Positions 1 to 12,115 of a stretch of DNA of 64,000 nt are shown in pieces. This DNA comes from Lophium mytilinum (taxonomy: Eukaryota), in contig MU004195.1 of the NCBI GenBank assembly GCA_010093605.1, positions 186,001-250,000 of the forward strand. Direction: 5' to 3'. Position numbers and translations under genes: made by a program. How positions within the stretch are numbered: the first letter of the stretch is position 1; every line of letters starts with the position of its first letter. The notes under the pieces are model-generated. The model was not told the origin of the DNA. It saw nothing but the letters and a program-made list of their open reading frames with translations, and searched no databases.

Positions 1-66
1 CTCGCTGTCGCCGTCGAGGGGCACGCCGAGTTCGGGGATTCGAGTTCGGTTCTGGAAAGACTCCAT
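1..66 (-). CDS. Possible 5' end of a gene running off the left edge (MESFQNRTRIPELGVPLDGDSE...)
   Basis: ATG at 66 (minus) opens a frame that stays open to the window edge. It is preceded by a pyrimidine-rich, 5'UTR-like stretch. Only 22 codons are visible. Confidence 0.35.
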   Translation of the reverse strand, partial: MESFQNRTRIPELGVPLDGDSE

Positions 67-1954
67 AGTTCAGACGATGCGCCGAGTGTGCGCGGGTGTG
101 GGAAGGCGTGAATGTAGCGACAGTGTGCGAGGGGGCGTGGGTATAGGTATGCCGTCTGCAGGCATCAGCAAGGAGCCGATGTCGAAGTGCTCTATGCGCG
201 GCAGAGAAGGAAGGGGTCGGCAAGCAAGGGAGAGGAATGTGGCGGCATGGACTAGAGAATGCGAGAGGGGAGCAATACGGATTGTCGCGCGGATTTTCGT
301 GGTGGAGTAGTTGGGACGCAAGTCCACGGGCAGAGCGAAACGTGTGGAGTAGATGTAAGAGGACCCTCGCCTCAGCTAGCGGACGTGGAGATCGCGGGAG
401 CTAGAACGAATGGCTGAAATACAACCTTAGAAAGGCCGTAGGAGCTCGTTTTAGTTACGCGTACCTAATCGAAACTATAGCCATTACATCAACTTCTAGA
501 ACACAAGACGAAGCCGACTAGATCGCGGAGAAGCCGTCTACACATCTTAAGCATACGATTTTACATGCTTCTGGCCATCCTTTATCCAGTCTTGGACTGT
601 AGGTGCTATCCACGGATGCACGCAAGTCCAGAGCATTTTTGGCATTAGTTCGGTTATGCAACACCAAAAACGACGTCTTTCGGCGACCGCAGCCTCGACA
701 CCACTAAACAAACAACCTCCCAGGAACCTCTCTCTCTCTTGTTAGTGGCAGGCCGTCGCTCATCGCGGATACATGCTGCAGTCGCCGTACAATGTCCTTC
801 CGGAGCGCTGCTTTGTCCCAGTGCGCCGTCTTCGCTGCGATGCTTTGACTCCAAGGGGTAGGGGTTTGAGACATGCAGTCGCTTCAAGGCCCAGTTTCAC
901 AAGGCCGCACCAACTTCTCTTACTCTCTTGACCGTCTCTTCCGTTCCGTGACCATCTCGCCGTTGTCGCTGCTTCGTCGTGCACTATGTTTGCGAGCGGC
1001 AGTGACGGCTGTGCGATGCGAAGGCCGTCGACCCATCGTGCGCAGCAGCAGTCGTGACGGCGACACTCCGCCAATGCATCCCCGAGAGTGCTTTGTAGCC
1101 TCTGTACACCCCTAGTCTCCTGTCGTGCATACGACGAGGTCGCACTCGGGATGCTTGGTCCCGGTCGCTAGGACAAGTGCATTAAGGGATGCAACCGGCA
1201 GTGTGTGAAGTATCAAGGTATCTTTCATATCTGTTTAGTGAAGCGTGAGAATGAGTACGTTCAGCTTAGACGAGTGCATTTAGTATTTCATTGCTCAGCC
1301 GATGTCAGGATCCCTCCAATGCTTCCAGCAGACCGCAATCCAAATCGAGGGACAGCAAACTTTACATCGAGTCATAATTGTTGTCAGGTAGAGAATGGCA
1401 GACAGTAGCAACTCAAATCACAGCATGGTGAATGTACCATCTGCTTCTGAAATCTCCGTACATATAACAGACGGCTTCAGACAGCATGGAAGATGCAAAA
1501 TCGGATTGCTCAGCCATATATATTGGTCACTTGGCGTACGGAGCTTATTCTCGCCCATTATTGTCATCTATCGATACCCCTCGTATCAGAGAGCAGACGA
1601 TACCACAAACTAGATCTACACATATAACCCATTTCCCCCGACACGCCTTGCTGGAGGAACGTGTCCAGCGAAAGAATTCTAGACGAGCTCTCCCCCACGA
1701 CACCTCCGCCGACGCCCTCGCCGTAGTAGTTACTACTGTGGTCGGAGTGCGTTTGCATTGTCCGTCGCAGGGCTGAGCACATCTTGTGTCAAGGTCGATA
1801 CGCTTAAAGCAGGCTACGATGGCATAACGGCAAAAGCCGTGGACTGCTCAGGTTGGCTGGCATCCCTGTGATGGCGACATGGCGAGCATTCCCCAGCTTT
1901 CGTGCATCCCTCGCTGATAGTCGCTAGGTATATTCCGGCCGCAGCCGCTCCTTA

Positions 1955-2199
1955 CCGTATTGACTGAGCGTATACAAACGCCAGGCTTGGCAGCGCTAGT
2001 AGATCCCCTAAACCCATGGGCGTATAGTTGCGCACGCTATCTTAACCATACTCGTTGAGCGTATCAGCTCACCGCAATCGCACCGACAAGTGGGTCCATC
2101 GGCATCCATCGGCGCCTGACAGGTCAGCTCCGGGCCCTTTTATCCTCGATAGGTTTAGGCGCGCCAAGCCTGGCGTTTGTATACGCTCAGTCAATACGG
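1955..2199. mobile_element. MITE, Tc1/mariner (pogo-like), ~245 bp
   Basis: Perfect 37-bp TIRs (CCGTATTGACTGAGCGTATACAAACGCCAGGCTTGGC at 1955-1991; reverse complement at 2163-2199). TA flanks both sides (1953-1954, 2200-2201). No coding capacity. Confidence 0.8.
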
Positions 2200-2832
2200 T
2201 ATTCTCGTGCTGGAAGCGCTGCCTCAGTGCACTCAGACGTGAATTTGGGTGGTTCGCTACTCCATCCTAGCCGCTTACACCACACTATACCCAACGCAGA
2301 TGGTACCAAATTAATCTAGCCGCTGAGCGTCCAAACAAAGAGGCTGTGTGGTCCGCAGTAATTTAATTTCCAAGATCTATCAGCGCTAGACCGTCCAGCG
2401 TTAAATCCACCGCTGCAACGGGCGGTAAGCGGCCGACGACCCTGACGACTCTCCTGGCGGCCCTCCCTCCAGGCCTCTTACATTCTTCATCACCTCTGCG
2501 GCTCGTCGCGTTTTCACTCATTCATTCCATCGCAGCAGCTTCACTCTTTCAGCTTGCTCGCATCCACTCTTTCGATCCAATCCCCAGCAACCACTAGCTC
2601 CTCGCAGGTAAGCCGGCCCTCCGATCGACATTCCTCCCAGTCTCAAAGTTGCACGACAACGTCAAGTCGCAGCCCTTCTGCACCCTCATGGCGGAAAGAT
2701 CGGCTAACATGCGGGTTATCAACAGTTATCCTCACACCTTGGAAAGACCTGAAATCCCATTGTCAATCCGCTGCACTCACGTCAAACTATCCATCGCTAT
2801 CTATTCACCATTACTCTCGCACTTATCCCGCT

Positions 2833-3339
2833 ATGACGACTTTCCAATTGCTTGTCGTGCGTGATGACAGCGCCGGCACACTCAACCCCACCATGATCAA
2901 CCTCCTCATCGCCCTGATGGTGCTCATTCTCGTGGGCCTCTGCGCCATTGGACTTCTATTCTGGCTGAGAAGCGTGCGAAGAGCCAAGAAGGGATCTGAC
3001 CTCCCCCTATACAACGAAAAATCAAACTCGAAGTCCTTGAACCACCGTCGCTTGACTATCACCGTCCAGGAGAAGCAGAATCTCATCGACAACTCCTCCA
3101 GCCCTCCACCCAGCCCGGTCCCGGAGATCCGCATCACTTTCCCCGACGAGGTAGACGAGACGGGCAAGAAGCAGTCTGGTCGTGTCGTGGTCGTACGTGT
3201 TGGCGACCACAGCGTCGGATTGGAGCCTTTGAACGAGGATCTGCCCCCATACCAGAAGGACTCGTCGGATCGATTCCAGTCTCTCGATCTCGACCGCATT
3301 GGAGGCTTGAAGGAGAAGGACGAGAAGAGATGGTCATAG
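2833..3339 (+). CDS. Fungal single-pass membrane protein of unknown function (168 aa)
   Basis: ATG at 2833 within ORF 2554-3339. One hydrophobic helix (INLLIALMVLILVGLCAIGLLFWL) is followed by basic residues. Pro-rich SPPPSPVPEIRITFP and LPPY motifs; coding-like codon usage. Confidence 0.75.
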   Translation: MTTFQLLVVRDDSAGTLNPTMINLLIALMVLILVGLCAIGLLFWLRSVRRAKKGSDLPLYNEKSNSKSLNHRRLTITVQEKQNLIDNSSSPPPSPVPEIRITFPDEVDETGKKQSGRVVVVRVGDHSVGLEPLNEDLPPYQKDSSDRFQSLDLDRIGGLKEKDEKRWS

Positions 3340-4053
3340 TCGACCGTGTTCCACGCCACCCATGTCCTTAATCCTTAATCGGCATCCTTCAACTATACTC
3401 TCCCGCCCGCCGACTACCCTACTCTTCCGCACTTCCCTTCATGCCACTTGGCTATGACCCGATATTATTATTATTGTTGACGACATGTACAGTTGTGCTG
3501 ATTGTCTTCTTCGCGGCGCTTCACTTCTCAGCAGCAGCCGTGCGAAGATTGTCTATGGGGTATAGGCCTAGCTTCGGCCTCTTTGTACATTTCTCAGAGA
3601 AGAGTTTGGAGTGCGCAAGTGCTTCCAGTCTTCTCTATTGAGGTTATAACCTCTTATGTAGCTTCTATTCTTAATGTATGATACATCCCTCTGAATTGGT
3701 TTGCTGCTCCGATGCAACTGGGGAAATCAATGCCAATCTAACTGCCATATTCCTGGCGCCATTGTGACGTGAACCTGCTGGACATGATGTGTTTGCCAAG
3801 CCTCAACGGTGAACGTGCTAGGTACTCGCTTCATTGTGTAAACTCAGCACCCTTGCACAGCTTATAGGGCATGCGATAATAATATCAAGAGGCTAATAAA
3901 GTATTGCAAGCAATGGTAAAGTCATGGATGCCATCTACATCCTAGCGCTGTGGATCTTCTCTTGACAACCCGTGCCATGGTTCTCGACGCGAGTTAGCCC
4001 GCCAAATTGATCGCGAATTGTTCACGAATCTCGCTTTCGCGTCACCAACGGCA

Positions 4054-7000
4054 ATGGAGGACCCTCTGCCATCTTATGAGGGCCTTGCTGCGGCCTTTGC
4101 AAAGGCAAAGGCTGAGAAGGAAAAGGAAGAAGCTTCAGGCTTGAGGGATCGAACAGAATACGCAAAGGTGTCCAACAAGCAAGCAGAGGTGCGGTTCAAA
4201 GCCGCCCACGGCCTTCTACTCGCCTTCTTCTCCTGGATCCTGTAATTATCAACAACATGCGATTCCGGGCGGCTCACTAATGATGTCTTAGTCTCCTCCA
4301 TATCCTAGGCGTATACCTATTCACCAGTGGATTCCTCCTTACCAGACTTGTCCTCGACTACAACTCTTCCTGCGCCGTGCCTCCAGTAGAGTTGACGCGA
4401 TCATACCAGGCAGGATCGCCAGAGTCGGGCTGTTGGCATCCTAAGACCTTTGAAAAGGCAGTCGTCATCATTGTTGACGCCCTCCGATACGACTTCACCG
4501 TCCCATTTAGACCCCAAGGCATAGACGACAAGCCCCATCATTACCACAATGCGATACCCGTCTTCTATGAGACCGCGGTCCAGCATCCCAACAATGCGTT
4601 CCTACTACCTTTCATCGCTGACCCCCCAACTACGACGTTACAGCGATTGAAGGGATTGACAACCGGAACACTACCGACATTTATAGACGCGGGCTCAAAT
4701 TTTGCTGGAACGGCAATAGAGGAAGACAATCTCGTGGCACAACTGCGCAATGCTAGTAAGAGGATAGTTCACCTCGGGGATGATACTTGGCAAGCCTTAT
4801 TTCCTGGCTATTTTGAGCCCAATCTCACAAAGGCCTACGACTCCTTTAATGTATGGGACTTGCATACGGTGGACAACGGCGTCACAGAGCACATATTTCC
4901 CTTGCTACATCCTTCCAATTCGAGCAAATGGGATGTGGTATTTGGGCACTATCTTGGAGTCGACCACGCTGGTCATAGATACGGTCCAGACCATCCTGCC
5001 ATGACCTCTAAATTAGAGCAAATGGATGGGGTATTTCGAAGAATGATAGAAGTTCTCGACGATTCGACACTCCTAGTTGTCATGGGTGATCATGGCATGG
5101 ATGCGAAAGGTGACCACGGCGGCGAATCGGACGATGAGATTCAAGCAGCTCTATGGATGTACTCTAAGAAAGGCATCTTTGGACGTAGCAACCCCGCCAA
5201 ACAAGAGCCTCCAGCTACGGCCAAAGAGAGGCCTGTTGCTCAAATAGACCTTGTGTCTACCCTATCCCTTCTACTAGGCATGCCTATTCCATTCAACAAC
5301 CTAGGGGCCCCTATTGAAGAGGCATTTATTGGTAAAAAGGGGCAGGACTACGAGAACCTAGCCCTGGTCAATCGTTTGGCAACATCTCAGATTCACCGGT
5401 ACCAACACGAGTACTCTCAGGCACGAGGCTTGGACGAGAATGCCAGATCAAGTTCCTTGTCCCTCTGGGCAGCAGCGGAGGATTCCTGGGCATCTTTAGC
5501 TACAACCAAATCGCCATCCGCAAAGCAGTGGAACAATGCTTATTCGGCCTTTTCCGCATATCAGCGCGAGACTCTGAGTGTCTGTCGCGCTCTTTGGGCC
5601 AGATTCGACGTAGCGAGAATGGTCCATGGTGTCGAGATCTTAGCCTTTACACTTGTTGTCCTGGCCATCTATGCTCGTGGTATCGAGGGAGACCGTACTG
5701 AACTAACCCCAGCTCTTCTACTTAGGGCTGTGATCGGTACGGCTCTTGGGCTATTAGTCGGCCTAGCTGTAGGGTTCGGTGTGCCTTCGCTACCTTTCGA
5801 ACACACTTTGATATACTCTACAGCGATAGGCAGCGTCGCAGGTTTTGCTTCGGGCTTTTGGTACGTACGGCGAAGACTAATATCGCCCTTGCCACGCTCC
5901 ATATGGGGCTGGGTTGGTGTCGTCCTTACGGTCGCTCTTTCGGTAGGCTTCGCATCCAATTCCTTCACAATTTGGGAGGATGAGATACTGCTCCACTTTT
6001 TGAGTACATTTGGTGTACTCATGACAATTTCGTCCTTACGACAGCCAGACCTCATCGATCGAGCCCTCGGTTGCTATCACTCCATCTTGTTTATTGTTCT
6101 CACTCGCATCGCCTCTCTCTCCAGACTATGCCGAGAAGAACAGATGCCGTATTGCAAATCAACATACTACGCCTCTGCCAACTCTTCGACTTCCGCAACT
6201 TGGCAGTTAGCCATTCCCTTCTTCGTGGCTTTCACACTTCCCAATCTCCTGCGATCATACTTCAAGAACACTCGATCATATCAAGGCTCCGCTATTTTGT
6301 GGATTGATTTCGCGTTCCGCACTGGATTACTCATAAGTGCTGCTTTCTGGACAATGGATGCTGCAGATGACGGGGATTGGTTCCCCGGATACGGAGCGTT
6401 ACTGAAGACCTCCAAGATCATTCTAGCACAGATTGTTTTTGCTATAGCTTTAGCAGCTGGTTATTCTACCTTCGCCTGGGCCGCTCCACTGCTCAGCATT
6501 GAGACGAAATCGAGCTCAGCTGCCGAGGATTCTGAAAACCGCTCCCGACAGGTAGTAGCTGAAGGTGGAAGCTCGTCGATCACCATCCTGGGCTATGCGA
6601 ACGTTCATGGATCCCGATATGCACTCCTCATTACAATGTGGCTCCTTGCTGTCATTCTAGTGCAGAAGCCAATGGGCGGAGGCGCTATCGGGCTTCTAGG
6701 GTGGCAAATATTCTCTCTGTTCGAGATCATCGACACGAACAAGCTTTCGGATACACCAGTCGGGCCTCTACTCCTAGGTTTTCTAGGATCCTTTCACTTC
6801 TTCAAGACTGGCCACCAAGCAACCCTTTCCAGCATTCAATGGGAGAGTGCTTTCATCCCTCTCAAGACTATCAAATATCCATGGTCTCCGCTTCTCATCG
6901 TTCTCAACACTTTCGGGGCGCAGATCCTCTGCGCAGTCGCTGTACCGGCTGTCGTCCTCTGGAAACAACCACCTAAGAAGAAAGGGCTGCTCGGAGACGT

Positions 7001-7229
7001 TGCTAAGGCGATAGCAACTCACTTGCTATTCTACGCAGTCATCAACCTCGCTACAACAATGTGGGCTGGTTGGCTGCGGAGACATCTGATGCTATACCGA
7101 ATCTTTAACCCGCGCTTCATGGCTGGTGCAATTGTTCTTCTAGTCGTTGAAGTAGTAGGGATTTTGATTGCGCTCTTGGGGGTTCGCTTGAACTTTCTCA
7201 GCGTTGCGGAGGTGTTCGGATGGAGCTAA
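4054..7229 (+). CDS. GPI13: GPI ethanolamine phosphate transferase 3 (PIG-O/Gpi13)
   Basis: Exon 4054-4241, GT-AG intron 4242-4291, then HILGVYLFTSGFLLTRLVL. Motifs IVDALRYDF, ADPPTTTLQRLKGLTTGTLPTF, HYLGVDHAGH and GDHGM; multi-pass TM C-terminus. Confidence 0.95.
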
Positions 7230-7670
7230 GTAGTCCTACCCTGTTTGCTCGGCTTGTCGAGCCATTCTTTCCTTAATTTGACATTCTGGCATTGCTTCGG
7301 AGTCTTTGTAGTCATAGAAAAAACTGCATCTTATCGGATTTTTGGAGACATAGGTGTCCTGATTCGTTGACCGTGTTGTACATCAGCCACTGTATAGCAC
7401 CGTTCACGGAGGCCGTGTAGTAATACAAGCAAAGTCAGAGATAGATTATGTCATTTGCGAAAGTTCAATGGTCGTGAGCCGCGAATGAATTCAAGGTCGA
7501 TACGTATCGTGAGCCGTGGTTGAGCCAGCGCAAGCGACTTTCGCGCAAGAGGGAGCTCTTTCCTCTCCATTTGCAACCACGTACACCAAACACTATACTG
7601 AAACTCTACTAAAGCACTAATAGTCCACCCAACATTTTCGAGTCCCCTTAACAGTCCTGCGCCCTCGATA

Positions 7671-8828
7671 ATGGCGGAAACCAGAGCTGTCCGCTTCCTC
7701 GTCTTGTCAGATACGCATGACCTTGCCCTCGGCGATGAAAGCAACAAGCCTGCACTTCGACAACCCTTCCCTGAAATCGACGTTCTCTTACATTGTGGAG
7801 ATCTCACAGAAACTTGCACCCTAGACGGACTTCGACAAGCGGTTAGCTTGGTCTCCGCAATACCTGCTGAGCTTCGAATATGCATCGCGGGTAATCACGA
7901 CACGATTTTGGACCGGAATTTCCACATCGCGAACGGCGGGTCGCTGTCCGACCATGAAGAAGCCTTGAAAATAATGTCAAATGGAGCCATAGAATACCTC
8001 ACCGAAGGCACTCACAGCTTTACTTTGCCTAGCGGGGCTACCTTCAACATCTTCACCTCTCCCTACACACCATCGCAATACGGGCCTCAATATGGCCTTC
8101 ACGCCTTTCAACACGCTTCCGGCGAAGATCGATACAACCCTTCCACCATCACGCCAGACTATGCAAAGAATACTTCAACTTCAGCCTCCATTATTCCCAA
8201 TTTCCCGGCCGTCGACATTGTCATGACACATGGACCTCCAAAGTACGTCCTCGACAGGACCACTGATGGTAGGACATCAGCAGGTTGTGAGCACCTGCGA
8301 CGAGCTATCTGCCGTGCCAAACCGCGCCTACATTGCTTCGGACATATACACAGCGGATATGGGGCGCAAAGGGTAGCCTGGAAAGACTCTGTTTCCTCAA
8401 CAGAGCTTGAAGAACTAGGAATCGAGGACCAGTCCTTTCAAGACGATAGATTGGTTTTACTGCCTCGACCAGAACCAGAAGGGCTGATGAAGAACTCGAA
8501 CCGGCGCCGCGGATACGTGAAAGTGAGCGACGCTACGAAGGAGGCGTTAGTACATGGGAAGCAAACGCTAATGGTGAACGCTGCGATCATGGATTGGGAG
8601 TCACAACCGCACAACGCTCCTTGGTTAGTCGTACTGGATCTTCCTGTCAAAGAGATCCTACTTGCAGGTACTAAGGCAGCCATAGGGCTGAAAAGGAAGA
8701 GAGGCAAGGACGATGGCTGTCGAGATATTTGGGAGAATAACAAGGCCAATGACGCGGCGGCCAGTGGGTCAAAGAAAAAAAGAGAGGATGAAGATAGGTC
8801 TCCAGCCGCAGGACGTAAGACAGATTAA
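7671..8828 (+). CDS. Calcineurin-like metallophosphoesterase (MPPED/239FB-like)
   Basis: Motifs SDTH, HCGDLT, IAGNHD, THGPP and FGHIH; basic C-terminal tail. Confidence 0.88.
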   Translation: MAETRAVRFLVLSDTHDLALGDESNKPALRQPFPEIDVLLHCGDLTETCTLDGLRQAVSLVSAIPAELRICIAGNHDTILDRNFHIANGGSLSDHEEALKIMSNGAIEYLTEGTHSFTLPSGATFNIFTSPYTPSQYGPQYGLHAFQHASGEDRYNPSTITPDYAKNTSTSASIIPNFPAVDIVMTHGPPKYVLDRTTDGRTSAGCEHLRRAICRAKPRLHCFGHIHSGYGAQRVAWKDSVSSTELEELGIEDQSFQDDRLVLLPRPEPEGLMKNSNRRRGYVKVSDATKEALVHGKQTLMVNAAIMDWESQPHNAPWLVVLDLPVKEILLAGTKAAIGLKRKRGKDDGCRDIWENNKANDAAASGSKKKREDEDRSPAAGRKTD

Positions 8829-8900
8829 GAAAGGTCGTGATTAATGTAGATATTATTGAAAGACGTAGTTGAAAGCGCAATTACAGTTGATACCCTCAAA

Positions 8901-10774
8901 CTACTCTTTCTTCCGGTCCACGCGGGGTATCATGACCCAGCTGATTCCCATCGCCGCGATGAGGGCCACAAGAATAGGCTGTAGCACACTTACGCCAGCT
9001 TTACCGGCGACCAATCCAGCAAGAGCAGGGAATATCGTGCCTCCAGCCTGTGCAATGACGAAGACTAGCCCTGTATCACAAGCCAGGTTAGCTACAGTAC
9101 TACATCAAAAGTTTAGACACACAGATATGCTACTACTGGGCTCCGCCACTACCCACTCCATACCACTGTTCGGAGTGGCCTAGCTTGTACGTAGCCAGTC
9201 CGTCAAGGGCCGGTCCAATGTCGATTACATCAACTTTGGCATTGAGCTGGAAGATGCAAGAGCCCATGCACACAAATATGACACTGCTCGGACTGCACCG
9301 TTGCTCAGTCGATACCACTGTTCGGAGCGGCCTAGCTAGTAGGTAGACAGCCCGTCAAGGACATCAACTTTGCACTGTGCCGGCAGTTTGGCAAGGCAGT
9401 GTAATGGAAAAGAGTCATAATGTATGGTTTACGTACCAAGAGCAGTGGCATGAATTTCAACAGGGAGAATTTTGGTCGCAGTCGAGATACCCTAACATCA
9501 CAATCGTTCAGTCATATCTATCGTGCAGGACGTGTTGGAGTTACTTACAGTAGCAAAGAAAGGTCCCAAGAAAAAGCCCATCAAGCTGACTGTGACTGCG
9601 CTAGATATCAGATTGTTCACCTTCCAAAAGACAATTTGTAGAATGAGACACAGTGCCGAGTAAATTAGTAGCATCCGACGTTCTCCAAGCCTGAATGTCG
9701 GCTCTGCTAGGACCAACCTCCCGACTGCGAGTCCGCCGTACATGCCGGAAGGCACGTACCCAACTTCGGAGAGCTTGTTCTTCCGAACAGTAACGAGGTA
9801 TTCAACAAGCCAACCTATACGAATACTGTTAGACCGGCTTGACTCAGCATCGTGCGTAACGGTATCGGCTTACCTCCGGCAGTGATAGCAGCGCCCAGAT
9901 GGAAGAAGAAAAAGATACTTAAAAGCCACACAGTCTTATTCCGTAGCGTGAGTTTCATTTCAGGCCAAGCTTTTCTAGTGTTTCCCTCGCCAGTGTCGGC
10001 CAGCTTTCGCGATAAACGTCTAGGCAGGCGGACCTCACTTCTGAATGCTGAAGCTACAAGGGAGAGATTGACGATGGTCAAGCCTAGGGGGAAAAAGTAG
10101 AACCATGTCCACCGATCGGGGCTCGACGAAGATATTGCGGCAGCAATAAAGGGGCCTACAAGACACCCAACGCCGTAACTAGCATGTATTACACCAAGCC
10201 AGCGGTGTGCAGTCTTGACGGTTGATACGAAGATGTTTGCTTGGGAATCCTGAAACGCCGTCCCCAGGGCGGCAAAGAAGAACGTGGTACAAAAGAGGCC
10301 AAAGGGGGGCTTCTAGTAGATCGTCAGACGCACAGTAGGCTACTGGCAGAGCTTACGACTAACCCAGAATCTCAGTATATATGCCAACACTTGGAGAGTA
10401 GCGCCGAGAACCAACGTTCCGCCAGCTCCAAGATGCAGCTTTGGATATCCACCGAGTAGTGCGGCGAGAAGCCAACCCGCGAATCCGGAAGCATAGAGCA
10501 TAGCTATTTGCCCAGTGTGTATTTTATATCCGCACAAGATGTACGGAATCAAGGTACCGAGGCTTCCATCATTGACGCCGGCGATGAAGAAAGCAAATGT
10601 AGCACTAAGGAGTTTGAAAGCAACCACTCTATCAATTGGCCTAGGTGGCTGGTCCGCTGCAGTGGTTGAGTCAGGTGCTTGTTGTTCCAACTGACCTGAA
10701 GGGGTAGATTCTGGGTATTCGGCCAAGTTGATGGAATCTTGCGCATCTCGGGGTGCTGTGTTAAGGTTTTGCAT
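8901..10774 (-). CDS. MFS transporter (multi-exon)
   Basis: Exon peptides AGVNDGSLGTLIP, GGLAVGRLVLAEPTFRLGERRM, GFFLGPFFAT and a final exon GLVFVIAQAGGTIFP...RKKE* (stop 8901-8903). Several GT-AG introns, including a long one at ~9071-9436. Confidence 0.85.
9160..9372. repeat. Imperfect ~50-60 bp direct repeat inside an MFS intron
   Basis: ATACCACTGTTCGGAG(T/C)GGCCTAGCT...CCGTCAAGG at 9160-9208 and 9312-9360, each followed by ACATCAACTTTG. Confidence 0.8.
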
Positions 10775-11319
10775 TATGCTAAAAGAGAGAGATGTCTTTA
10801 CACCAGGCGCGGAAAGCGAAAGCAGTGATACATATGAAAAGACGCATTCTCAGCTGGAAAGCGGCCCGAAGAGCCTGAAATCTCACCCTCTGGAACAACT
10901 AGGAGTATTTAAAAGGCCGATTTCAGATAGTATTGAGGGAGGATATCCGGTTAGTTGATGCGGAGGCGATCACATACTAGTACAGGAGAGGAGATGCTTG
11001 CGAGAATATAGCACATACCACGGAAATAGAAAATCGCAAGAAATGAACTGGGATACAATGGTTATTGTGAAGGGCAATGACTAATACGGACTGTTCACTT
11101 TTGCGAGTCGAGAATGATGGGCTATTGACCAGGTCAACGTTTCGTGCTGATCTTTTCAACTTCCTACAGTAGACTGAACTACAGTCAGCAAAGCCATCGC
11201 AGCAACACTGAAAAATAGGGTAAAGCGAAGTCTCCTAAGTATCAAGAAACCAAGCGTTCCATACTACGCCTTCTACGCCGACCATATGCCAAGGATAACG
11301 CCTAGTGTTTTACCAATGA

Positions 11320-11901
11320 TCAATCAGAGTCCTCTCGTCTTAGCTCTTCTCGGCGGGCCTCCTCTTTGCCTCTCTCAAGAACAGACTCCCTCAGCCGCTC
11401 CTCTTGTCTTTTCCAGTGACTACCCTCCTCGTAGTCCTCCCGGATACCCAGGGCCTTGCGGAGCTTCTCGCTCTCCTCTATCTTAGCGGCAGCTAATTCG
11501 TGGACCTGGTGGGACTTGAGTCCTCTCGCATTTGGGCCTGCGTCTTTGCCCTTCTCTCTCTCGGCTTCAAGCTTCTTGCGGAAGGCGGTGCACTGATCAT
11601 CGATGTCATCCTCGTCGACGCTACATTCGATCAGCATCACCTTAGACAGAGTGCAGTGGCCTGTGACATACCCTTCGTCTTCCAGTCTGTCTCGTAGCTC
11701 GAACACCTTCACCTCAATTTCTCGGCGGCGGTCGTGTTCCAATATCTCCTTGTCTGGCTGGCGTTGGCGGTGCTTGAAGTTATCGAAGTCTTTAGGGTAG
11801 GGAGCGGCATTGTCGCGAGGCTTGAGCAGTGACAGATTCCGCTGGACGTAGCCAGAGGTGCCGCTGCCCCTTGGAGTAGAGAGGCCGACGTTGGACGACA
11901 T
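11320..11901 (-). CDS. CWC21: Pre-mRNA splicing factor Cwc21
   Basis: N-terminus MSSNVGLSTPRGSGTSGYVQRN and cwf21 motif EILEHDRRREIEVKVFELRDRLE. 51-nt GT-AG intron at 11621-11671. Confidence 0.95.
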   Translation of the reverse strand: MSSNVGLSTPRGSGTSGYVQRNLSLLKPRDNAAPYPKDFDNFKHRQRQPDKEILEHDRRREIEVKVFELRDRLEDEGYVTGHCTLSKVMLIECSVDEDDIDDQCTAFRKKLEAEREKGKDAGPNARGLKSHQVHELAAAKIEESEKLRKALGIREDYEEGSHWKRQEERLRESVLERGKEEARREELRREDSD

Positions 11902-12115
11902 TGTGAAATGGAGGTTCTTGCGTTGAGTAGACTGCCTAGGTAGCGGAGGCGGAGGTGTGCGGAGTTTGGTGCACGAGTCAGTTGCCCCGCGGCGATGACT
12001 CTAACCCTTTATTCCATCTACTCCATTTCTTCGACCATGAGTCTTCCACCACGACTTTCACTTCGCGCATAGCACCTCAACATATTCTCAATCACTTGAA
12101 TACAGAGAGGCGCTC

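Noticed and set aside
654..1782. Multiple short overlapping ORFs in the left intergenic region
   Set aside because: No codon bias, domains or splice-supported structure.
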